Source of the DNA: Nemertoderma westbladi
Taxonomy: Eukaryota > Animalia > Xenacoelomorpha
Reading direction: 5' to 3'
NCBI GenBank assembly: GCA_032718475.1
Contig: JAUCBJ010000812.1
Coordinates: 11,959 to 75,958 of the forward strand
DNA: 64,000 bases
The position numbers were made by a program, and so were the translations under genes. Shown here one piece after another: positions 40,125 to 52,168 of the stretch. The notes beneath the pieces were generated by a model, which saw nothing but the letters and a program-made list of their open reading frames with translations, was not told where the DNA came from and ran no database searches. Numbering within the stretch: position 1 is the first letter of the stretch; every line of letters begins with the position of its first letter.

Positions 40125-42404
40125 TGATCTAATCCAGAAACAATAACAGATATTTAGTTCTGATTGCGGTGTAGGCAATAAATACAGTTTAATATTGTTT
40201 TGGTAAAAACAATAACAGATATTGCTTCTGGATTGCGGTGTAAGCAATCTAGTCGAAAGTACCGGTCGACCGGTAACCAGTAGGCCTGACTGCCTGATCA
40301 TCCGGACCGGTACCTACAGTAGTACAGGTACAGCGGTATTATTCGATTGTGGTATTGTATACCGGTAGGCTGTTTAAGAGATTAGGGACTGTACACCCCT
40401 TGTTTCTTTTGGAGCTTACTTATTTCTGTCAGTTTTATTTATTTGTAGGCCAGTATTGAGCAGAAGGCGTGTAAGCCTGCTCAGATTGTACAGATAATTT
40501 GTAGGCTTGACTGTTGTCTAACTGTTGTTAAGTCTGAACGGATTGCAGTGTGTGTAGAGCATCTGTCCGATGAAGTGCTAGTTAGGAAAGTAGGGGCTTC
40601 AAGTGCTGTGAGGTAAACCCCCTGTGAAAGAATAAGTCGTACTACTGGGTTAGAACGCATACTAACTAATCATTTCGGAGTCTGCATATACTGTAGTGTA
40701 TTTGGGCTTGATAGTAGTCTGCCATCGTTTGGTCTGTACTTTGTTTGTGTAGTCTGTACGGGTAGCGTATAATTTTATTTAGATAATTTGTAGGCTGGAT
40801 AGTTGTCTGGCTGTTGTTGGGTTTGAGGAAATTTCGGTGTGTGTAGAGCATCTGTCCGATAAAGTGCTAAGTTAGGAAAGTAGGGGCTTCAAGTGCTGTG
40901 AGGTAAACCCCCTGTGAAAGAATAAGTCGTACTACTGGGTTAGAACGCATACTAACTAATCATTTCGGAGTCTGCATATACCGTAGTTTGTTTAGGCTTG
41001 ATAGTAGTCTGTCAGTATTTGGTCTGCATTTTGTTTGAGTAGTTTGTACGCGTAGCGTAATATTTATTATTCAGAGTTTATGCGATTATTCGCAACATTC
41101 ATTCCCCAAGTTTGTTCCTACAGTAATTGTGTTTGTTATACATACCGTTATAGTTAAACTAACCCCGGTACTACATCAGGGCTGCTCGGCGTAGGTAAAG
41201 ACTGGAGATTTTGTGCTTTGGTCACTCCGGCAGATACCGTGGTTCTTTTGGCTGTTCAAGTATTTTTAACTACTGATTATTTGTTATACAAGTACTTGTA
41301 CCTAATTTAGGGTTTAGTGTACAGTGCTTTCCGAAAGCAATTAGTGTGTAGGCAGTGTATTTGTGTTGTAAAGTGGTTAATAGGCACGTTGGTTCTGGTA
41401 GACCGCGGTAATTAATCTCTAGGTAGGAACACTCCGTGATACATAACGTAGTACCTATAGCGATACGGTTATAGGTCGTCAGGCGGTGGTATTTTCCTAT
41501 CTGGACAGCGCAGTATATTTACTACTACTTATTATTTTCAAATACCGTAGTAACCTGTCCGTTGTAATAACCAGATATTCTAACCCTTTGTTAGGCTGGT
41601 TTGTAGATTCCCTGTAAAATTACCCTAAAAATTCGTATTTGTGTATTGGTAATTAAATTTTTTGTGTTTATTTAGAGATTGTAATCTCAACCGGAATTGT
41701 ACGTAATTTGTAGTATTAAGTAACTTAGTTAAATTATAATTATTTGTTTTAGTGTCCAACAAGTAGCACTCCACTGAGAGCGCACAGCTTATGTGTAGTG
41801 ACTCCCCCAGAAATAATAACATTTATTTCAAACATTGAAAAAACCCATTTCAACGGGTATATATATATTATAAATCAACTCAAACGATTTATAAATAGTA
41901 GGCCTGCCATACAACAATTAGGTCTCAATATCAGTTGGACTACTGCTTAAATAACGGTAATAAAGTAAGTTAAAGTAACCAAGTAACCCTTAAAATTCAG
42001 AAATTCAATTATTTAAAATAATTGATATACCGGTATTTACAATAGGCTTATTATCTTTATTTTCATAAACTTAGGCTGAAATCATACCGGTATTCTGTAA
42101 TTAATTTTAGTTAATAATTATATTTATATATACTATAAGTGTAAACTGCATACCGGTATCCACGATAGGCCTATTATATATTTATATATTTGTGCTGAAA
42201 TCATACCGGTATTCTGTAATTAATTCTAGTTACTAATAATACTTATATATACTATAAGCATACCAGTATTCTAATATTATATATATATCACGCTACACTG
42301 AGTAGCAGTATCGGTAATTAATTACGAGGTTAGCAGTTAATGTTGAATTACTAGACTTGCTTAGACTGTAATATAGCAGTAGGCATTCAACTGTGTAAAC
42401 AAAC

Positions 42405-45400
42405 ATGTCTGATACTAAGCAGAACCTGTCAGACAGTTTATTAGATGCAACTATTTGCGACTCAGATAAGGGTGTAGAACCGTCTACACCTAAGTTCAGT
42501 TCACCTCCCACTGTGAGGAAGGTCATCCCTCCAGTAGTAATAACAGAACCTAGGCTGGTCCAACACCATAGGTCTATCATAGGCACTCGAGCCCAGGTCA
42601 AGCGGGACCAAGAAGCAGCGGAACAGCAACAACCCGCGAGCCAAGAACTTATTTCTCAGCGGCCCAACAGCTCCAGTAGTGAGGATACTGTAGAGCTGAC
42701 ACCTGAGCGCGGAGCAAAGATGACGGATGCGGTTTATTCGGATCCCCTTCTCATCCTTCCTGCAGCCGTACTCACTAGGATATTGATCGCGGTGGAAGAA
42801 CACCAGATCGATTGGGCGAGAAGTAAGCGATCGACTAAAGATAGTTATGCGGGATACACAAAGGAAGAACTGAAATCTATTGTCGAGTCGCAATGGAACT
42901 TCCCCGGACCCGGACTCCCGTTTGATTTATCAGAAGCTGCCTGGGAAGACATACACCGGATGGGAGTAGCCAAGGAAACCATCGATCCAGCTGTGTGGAA
43001 GAGGTCCGCAGCCGGATACGCACAGGGATTCTTCAGCTCTATGGAGCGAGTAAAAGAACAACTGTTTCAACAACCTCAAGGACCTCAAGAGCAGGGACAA
43101 CTGCTTTATCAAGTTAGAGAAAGAATTCTGCGAATTAGGCTAATCTTATCGGCCTTTGAGGAGGCTTCTAAAAGAAGACAAGACACGTCGTTGCAAGTTG
43201 CCGTAAAGACTTGGTTTCAACGGGTGAGTCTCCAAGTTCAAGGAATGGCTCAGTGGAAAGCTCAGCTGGAGGAGCGCTCAACCCATGGAGAATCAACAGA
43301 CGCTACTTTTTCCCAAGTGGAAAGTGAAGCGACGGCAGAGAACCCGCATAAGAGGGATGCCATTGATATCTATCTGTCAGACTATCAACGTTTCTTAGGT
43401 GATGAAGAGTTGAGGAGAAGGTTGGATGGACTTAACCCTAATAGTGAAGGAGCACAGCGTGTGCTTGACGCCATCGACGTGGATAGGTTAGCGGCGAACC
43501 AAGCTAAATTCGATGAACGACTCCGCATCGCTAGAGACCAAGAAGAAAAGGTGAAGAAAAAACGCATAGAAGACAGAAAGAAAGCAGCAGTAGCAGCTGC
43601 AGAAACCGAAAGGAAAGCAGCCGAAGAGGAAAGTAAAGCAGCCGAAATGGAAAGAAAAGCGGCCGCGGCAGAGGCAGAAGCGAAAAGAAAAGCGGCAGCG
43701 GCAGAGGCAGAAGCGAAAAGAAAAGCAGCCGAAATGGAAAGAAAAGCGACAATGGCAGCGGCAGAAGCAGAGCGGATAGCGGCTGAAGAGATCGCCCAAT
43801 TAGAATTGGAAAATATTCAGGAGAATCAAGACTGCATAAATAAACAGTTAACAGCTAGTAATATGCAGATGATGAATCGATCTACTCCCAAAAGACAGGG
43901 ATATACATCATCTGAGGAAGGCGATAACACCGATACTGAAGGCAAAGGAAATAGATCTCACCTAAGCAGACGTAAAAGAACATCCCACCGTCAGAAATTG
44001 CCTGATTTGCCTCCAGCTGTTAGAAGGCAACTAAATAACACCAACTTAGGTAGTACAGAACCCACAGACCAAATAATTACAATAGAGAGACTCCCTACTA
44101 TAGTAGATGAGCCTGAAATAATTAGGCCTGTTCCCGAAGCCACCCTTTCGGTGGTAGAGACACCTGTACTCCCTGAACCTACCTCTAAATTCCCTTTGCA
44201 CAGTACCAAGCTACCTGTGCCCAGCAGAACAGCCCATGAGACAGTTCATGCCCTGGACTCTGAGCGAAATATTCATGATTTGTCGCCCGTTGTCCCTCGT
44301 CCGCCCGCTACAACGTTGGCGAATCCCGCTTCGGCGGTCGAATGGGTGGATGAGAGACGACGGGGGATGGATCTCCTGCTCGGACAGATACAGGAGACCG
44401 TTCAGCAATTCAAGGGCACAGTAAGGGAAAGTAGGCTAGAGTTGCAAGAAGTGCAGCAAAGTATCGCGCTAGAACGTGATAAATTAGTAAATACACAAAA
44501 GGGTATACCACCACCCCCTGTAACAATGTGTCAACCTGTTAGGTCTGAAGTATCTCATGCGCAAGGTGTGGAGCCTACACGCATCTATACTGCTAGCGAA
44601 GTAGAAACTCCTATAGTGAACCCTATTAAGGGTAATTATAGACCTGTTGATAATGATATTCCCTTTAGACCGGATCATAATCCGAGAAATTTATATACCG
44701 ATAACTCGATATTAAATAACACGATGGCCCAAGAAAGTTTTACGCGTCAAATGGCTAGAACCGAAGCCCGGCAAGCAGTAAAGGTGGGAGAGATCGTCAA
44801 GTTCAATGGAGATGAGATGAAATGGTTACCTTTTAATGAATATTACAAAGATAACATACAGAATTCTGTGCTATCTAATGGAGAGAAACTTAGATTCCTC
44901 ATCGAGTGCTTGGAAGGATCTCCCAAGTTAATGGCGTTAAAGTTTATTGGACATCCAGACGGATTAAGACAAGTTTGGGATACACTAAACATCAGGTATG
45001 GTAATAGGAATAACATAGCTGGGTATTTGTATGCAAAGTTGGTAGCGCCCCGAAAGTTTATTAGCAGCGGAATTATAGAGTTTTCCGATGAAATTCAGGA
45101 GATCTGCAGACAATTAGATTGGCTAGGTAAGTCTCATGAGTATCAGAATGCTATGGTTATTAGAGCAGTGGCTTCTACTTTACCGAAGGGTGGAGTAGGG
45201 ACACGCTGGGATAAGAAAGTGTTATATATGATGGAACAACAACGACGAGACCCTACCATGGCTGATCTCATGTCATTCCTAGATGGAGAAGTGAAATTAC
45301 AGCTCCTAAAACTGTCCAGAGAGAAGACACCGGAAAACAAGGTAAGTGAAAAACCCGTCTCTAGGAGAAAGGTAACACCTGAGTGTTATACAGATGACGG

Positions 45401-48400
45401 CGAAAGCCAGACTTCTCAAGGAGAAGATAGCGGGAAAGACACTGACAGATCTTATTACGTAAATAAAATGCCTAAAGATCAGGTAAGTAAATTCAAGTCT
45501 CGAACCAATGACAGGAGAGAACAGGTAAGAAAAACTCCTCCTACGTCTCCCAAGAGAATTCAGGTGAGAAAGCCCGAAGAAAAGACAAGTGTACACAATG
45601 TTACTCAGAGTAAGGTAAGTAACATCAAACCGAAATGTGCGCTATGTGATGGGACCCATCGCTTAAATATGTGTGATGAATTTCTAAAGAAATCATTAAC
45701 TGAGAGACGTGAAGTCATGTGGGATAAGCGGTTGTGTTATAATTGCCTCAGACAAGGACACCAATGGCGAACCTGTTACTCTGACACAAGATGTGCCAAG
45801 TGCGGTGCGAAACATCATATCTTGTTGCACACTGAATTCGAGCGAAATAGTCCGAGTCAGGTAAGTGATTCCGAACTACATGTCCAATTCAGTGATGTGA
45901 ACGACACTGATCAATCTGAGATGGAAGGATTCTATACGGACGAGTTCTCCGACGAAAATGAATCCTGTTACACAATAAATACCACAGTGTATCGAGCACT
46001 CACGTATGAAAAGGATACGGACAGCGACCTTACCCTAACTACTTCTGATCAACAACCATTTTGGAAAGCGCCAACTTCCAATGTAGGGATTAGAGAATTT
46101 CCTGTGGTACAGGTAAGGGTCCACGGACCAAAAAGGAGTTATGTAGTGAACGCCCTCCTTGACTCCGGTAGTACAGGAACATTCATCGACAAAGAGCTAG
46201 CCGAAGACATATTCGCTGGACAACCCAAGTTCCGAACTAAGCTAAACATGTCAGGAATTATGCAAGTTTGGAAATCCACAGTAACAGCGGATTATTATGT
46301 AGGTGCGTTGTCCACCCCCCAGGACGAACTAGGAGAACGTAGCATAAGGTCAGTGAAAATGGTGGCTATAAAGAACTTCGCTACTACCCAAGCAGACCTT
46401 TATAATTGGGACGAGGATGAGAGCATCCAACATCTTAAGATACCTCGATTCCAGACAGATTATCCTGGAGTGCAAATACTCATCGGCCAAAACGCGCATG
46501 AGGCGCTCGAGACATTGGAGAAACGGCCTGCTCAACCGCAGCCACTACAAACCTATGCGGTAATAACTAGAGTAGGTTGGTACTTTACTGGCCCTTCCCG
46601 TAGAACTCTCATGGAAAGATTACCGAAAGATCAGGTATATCAAGTGCGAGAATGGGAAGTTGAGAACAGTGAGTTCGACGATCCAACTGAGGGAACTCCA
46701 TACTCTTCAGACAACGACGATATACATCAACTCTTCGATGAGGAGAATGCCATCGATCTCCTTGAGGAAAGCGAGACTTGGCAAAATCAAGTGAACTTAT
46801 GTCAACTCCTTCTCCCATCCGAGCGAGACGACTATAACGACGAGCTTAATGACGTCATTGAACGTTATAATGCCAAGACTCGGGATGAACACGCCGTAAG
46901 ATTCTTTACTCAAGAGGTTGTAGAGCCCAACTCCTACAATAAGGCCCTATCGGTGGAGGAAGAAAGAGCCAAGCAGATCCAAGCGACAACTACTCGTTTT
47001 CTCAAAGATCAAGGTAGGTTTGAAATCGGACTTCCTTTCCGAAAGCGAGAACCGAAGTTCATTAACAACAGACCTTTGGCAGAGAAAAGAATTGCGCAAC
47101 TACATCGACGCCTTACGGCAAATTCTTCAGCTAAAGAAATGTATCAAACGCAGTTGAAGAAGTTTATTAGCAAGGGATATGCGGAGCTAGTACCGGAAGA
47201 AACACCTATAACGTATTATTTAACTCACCATTACGTTCCCAAACCCGGCAAACCCCATGAAGTACGAGTGGTGTTTGACGGTTCCGCCCTTTATATGGGC
47301 CAATCTCTTAATTCTGAATTGTTACCCGGACCCAACTTACTCCAATCCTTGTTGGGAATACTATTAAGATTAAGACAATATTCCATTGCTTTCGCCTCAG
47401 ATATAGAAGGCATGTTCTTACAAGTCAAAGCGCTGGATAGGGATCGAGATAGTCTACGATTTTTGTGGTGGCCCGAAGGAGACCTCAATAAGAAACCGGT
47501 GGAGTACTGGATGACCATCCAAGCTTTTGGGATAATCTCGAGCCCTTCAAACGCCTGTTCCGTGGTGCGCACTACTGCGGATGACAACAGAGACGCCTTC
47601 TCTAAAGAGGTGATCGACAATATCAAATGAGACATCTACATGGACGATAATCTGAAGTCCCTTCCATCAGTCGAAGAAGCCATTGAGGTCGCTAAAGGAA
47701 CGGTAGAATGCTTAAAGAAAGGTGGATTTCGATTAACTAAATTCACCAGCAACTCCCGTGAGTTTCTGGAGTCAATCCCGGTAGAAGATCGAGGAACAAA
47801 AGACCTAGATCTAATAAAGGATGATCTCCCAGAAACTAAGACCCTTGGTTTGAAATGGGACACAGAAAGAGATATCCTGTTTTTCCAACTAAAACAGCGA
47901 GATAATCCAGTTCGGACTAAACGGATATGTTTAAGTATCCTGAGCACTTATTTCGATCCATTGGGATTTATTAGCCCAGTTATATTAATTGCTCGGAGTT
48001 TAGTACAACAAATGTGGCTTGAAAACCACTCATGGGACGATCCACTTAAGGGAGAATTATTAAAGAAGTGGATGAAATGGGAAGAGTCTCTACCAGCCAT
48101 CGAAAACTTTATAATTTCCCGTTCATATTTTGGTCATGTTCTCCCTACGTATTCATATCAACTCCATGTGTTTGGAGACGCCAGCGATATGGGAATCGGT
48201 ATAGTAGCCTACCTAAGGGTGGAAACTCCGGACGGAATTAAAGTCGCCTTGGTTACCTCTAAGGCATTAATAAACAACAAGTTGAAAGTTCCTCGAGCGG
48301 AGTTAAAAGCGGCTCTATACGCTACAGCCATCGGCCGGAATGTAACAGAACAGATCGACTATCCCCTGGACAAAACTGTCTATTGGACCGACGCTTTACT

Positions 48401-50522
48401 CGTGTTGGAGTATATAACCAATGAAGTCTGTCAGTTCAGCGTCTTCGTTACCAACAGAGTAGCTATTATACTCAGTCGCACGACGATGGATCAATGGAGA
48501 CATTGCCCCGGAACGATTAATCCAGCGGACATCGCTTCCAGGGGAGCAACTCCACAAAAACTGGTAGATACTCCAGACTGGTTAGGTGGACCCGACTTCC
48601 TCTACAAAGAAGAAGAAGAATGGCCTCCTCATCTTACTACAGCAGAAATTAGACAGGCCAAGGGAGCGGAGAAAGTCAAGCCTAAAACTCAGGCGAGTAA
48701 ATCGAAGTTATTCAAACCCACAGTAGATCTGTCTGTACTACATACTTCCGGAGACGACGCTTTGGAGCAGAAACCCACAGCCACAAATAAACCCATTGTG
48801 GAAATCCGTGATAAGGATTGGAAATCTGGTATACCAGACGTCTCGCAAGGACTCTCACCTCTTCTGCAGAGAGCGATGCATCACTACAGTTCCTGGAATC
48901 GGCTTTGTAAGGCCGTTACATATTTAAAGAGATGTTTTCACCATCACTACTCTGGGATGAAAACAAAGGGTGATACCGCTCCAATCACATCAGTGCAGGT
49001 CCATGTTATTAAAGACCTTCCTAAATATAAGGTACCCGACAAGTTTCTGAAGGAGAAGATCAGTTATCAGGAGCATGAAGAAACCAACAAACAGATGCTG
49101 AGACTCTTACAATGCTATGAAGATTCCGATAAGTATTTCCTGTTGTTGAGAAATCCACAGATGCGCTTAAGGGATCGTTTCTCTAGCACAATGATAGATG
49201 GGTTGATACGTGTTGGAGGAAGGTTAACGAATGCCCCATTATCCTTTGATACTAAGTTCCCCATACTCATTAGAAATCTTGAAATACAAGTCAAGATGAT
49301 TGTAGATGTTCACAGCAAACTTTATCATGCTGGTAGAGAACGAGTTCTTAGCGAAATCCGAACTCGCTATTATTTTTATAAACCCCGTAGAGCTCTGAAC
49401 CAAGTTCTTAGGAACTGTATACCCTGTAGGAAAGCATTCAGTAGGCCTTTAACACAGAGAGAGGCAGAATTACCTAGGGAACGAGTAAGCTTTTATGAAC
49501 CACCCTTTACTAATACCGGTGTGGATTTATTTGGCCCTATTGAAGTATATCGTGCTAGGACTATAGTCAAGAGATGGTGTGTAATCTTTGTTTGTATGAC
49601 TTGTAGAGCCATCCATCTCGATATGGTGAACGATTTATCTACCAACAGCTTTCTATTAAGCTTACGACGACAGATCGCTCGCTTTGGCACTAGTAACACG
49701 ATGAGATCTGATAAGGGAACAAACTTCATTGGTGCCAACAATGAAATCAAAGCTTACGTCAAAGATTGGAACCAAAGACAGGTGGACGACCAACTACGAG
49801 TAACAGCGTCTAGTTGGACCTTCAACGCCGCCGACGCCCCTTGGTGGGGAGGAAGTTGGGAGAGATTAATAAGAAGTGTGAAGACGGCATTTCATTTTAT
49901 AGTGCCTTGCCGCGCTTATCTCACCGACGAACTTTTGCGGACGTTAATGGAAGAAATCGCCGTCTATCTCAACGAGAGACCGCTTATGCCAGTCTCATCG
50001 AGTCCCGATTCCCTGGAAGCGCTAACACCCGCGCACTTCCTACTGAAGAAACCTGTAGCCATGCTCCCACAATCGGAAATCACAGATGGAGACGAATACT
50101 GCCGACAAACTTGGCAACTCATGCAGTTGTTATCCCGTCGTTTCGCTGACCATTTCGAAAAACATTATCTGCCCACGCTACAACTTCGAACTAAGTGGTT
50201 TGCGCAGCAAGAAAACGTTAGCGCTGGAGACATGGTTCTTATTGTGGATGTAGATCTTCCACGTAAGAGGTGGCAGACAGGTCGTATCATCGAGACTCAC
50301 ATCTCGGATGACGGTTTGGTGCGATCGGTAGAACTCGTCGTCATGCGACGTAACTTCAAGAAACCGGGAATAGTCTTCGAGACGCAGCAGCTCAATCGCC
50401 CAGTGGGACGTTTATGTTTACTGGAAAGAGACAGAGAACTCTCCGGAAACTATGGGAGACAAGATACTCTTCCCACGACCACCTCCCTAATCCAACAAAC
50501 ATCTAGGGACTCCCCAACTTAA
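42405..50522 (+). CDS. BEL/Pao Gag-Pol polyprotein (~2705 codons) interrupted by one in-frame TGA at 47628-47630
   Basis: ORFs 42405-47630 and 47640-50522 are in the same frame (IK*DIYMDD). Motifs: capsid-like FNGD..W..F/EKLRFL; CCHC-CCHC-CCHH knuckles; ALLDSGS; VRVVFDGS, SDIEGMFLQV, YMDD; RNase H HVFGDAS/RAEL/YWTD/NPAD; integrase HHCC, GVDLFGP, RSDKGTNF, WER. Confidence 0.95.
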
Positions 50523-52168
50523 AAACGGCTGGAGTGGGTGTGTGACCATATTATTTTATATTTGTATTTGTTTTATTTTTATATTTATGTATGTATTATT
50601 ATGTAATTTTATTTTAATCGTTTTATATAATTTTATTTAGTAACATGTTATTTTAGTGATCATTTAGTAGATTAGTGCAATATATTAGTGTTTATTACGT
50701 ACGTAATTACTTATAATATATATTTAGTGCGACGGCGAGAAATAATTATTTTTCTCTTTCCTTACTGTCCGTATCATATTATAAATACGTGACTACAGTA
50801 AGATGAAATATCCGTACTTATTAAAGTACAATAAAGCCACTACTATATTCAAGTATTATTGGTAGGCAGAGTATTAGGAATGCAAAGTTCAGATCCTCGT
50901 GTCTCGGCTCAACCAAGCTCTGGGTAGACCTTGGAAACGACTTGCCTCTTCACACTGACATTGCTTCGTGCGATATTGCTCTCATACCGTATATTAAATA
51001 ATACATATAGTAGCGTGATGTCCCTTTAACAGTAGCGTATAACGCAAATAAATCTGTTAAACCCTTTGACCATCTGTAATTCTAGTCGATTAAGATATCG
51101 TGGCACCCACCGATATACTTGAAAGACAAAATTCTAGAATCAATGGTTAACGTCCCCAGACAAGTTCTGGAATAAACTGGTGCCCATCCTAAATATTAAT
51201 TATTAATATTTACAAAAAAATCTGTCAAATATCAGATCCTTTAAAATTCTAGTCGATTAAGATATCGTAGCACTTACCGATACTCTTAAAAGGACAAAAT
51301 TCCTAGAATCAAGGATCCCAGTCCCCAGACACGTTCTGGAATAAAATTGTGTCTATTTTAATATTAAATAATAAAATTTACGGGAATAAATTTAAATTCA
51401 GATATTTTAATGAATTTAATAAATTGTCATTTTAGACAATTTATAACATTCCCAAAATTCCATTAATTAATAGATCATGGGAGCGGAGATTCACTCTATT
51501 AAGTGTATTTGTGTGCGAGAATCTCCAATGTATAGTCAATAGCCGATAAAATTCATAGAATCATGTATAAAGGGGATATTGACCATTAAAGAATTACTAT
51601 TAAATAGCATCCCAGATCTGTATGCATGAGAATTACCCTAATTCTACCGCTAGCTTTCCATAATGTCACCATGGCAACAACCACGCTAGAATTAGAAGTG
51701 AGTTAAAAGAACAATAGAAGGTATGCCCCATTGAATAGCATAGGGAATAAATAGCGCACTGCTAGTATCCAAGGATACATAATAAATACAGTGACATTCT
51801 GGAAGGTACTGACTAACGGACAAATGGCCCGAATGTGTGCAGTTTGTTGCAGTTGTGTTGAATTTGTGCGTTTGTAGGTGAATGTTACTACTAAGGTGTG
51901 TTTACAGTAGCGAGTCGCAATTGTGAAAGTAACCCTAACTCTCCAAGAAGAACCTGCAGTACATCTAAGCCTTTGGGACGGACAGTGAAGTGACTTGTGC
52001 CGGTTATCGTTGTCGTTGTGTAGCTACATCGTTGGCGAAAGCACAGCGACGACGGTACATCGGCGCTGAGGATCTTACACTGTCCGGGGGCAAAAGAGGG
52101 GTAGGCAGCGACGCCCGCTAGCCTAATATATATAAACTCATTATAATATTGATAAACTCATAGCAGAT

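Noticed and set aside
40201-40218. TGGTAAAA as a conventional tRNA PBS (also at 658 in copy A)
   Set aside because: 58-88 nt away from the LTR end, and the sequence beyond TGGTAAAA differs between copies; it cannot define the LTR boundary.
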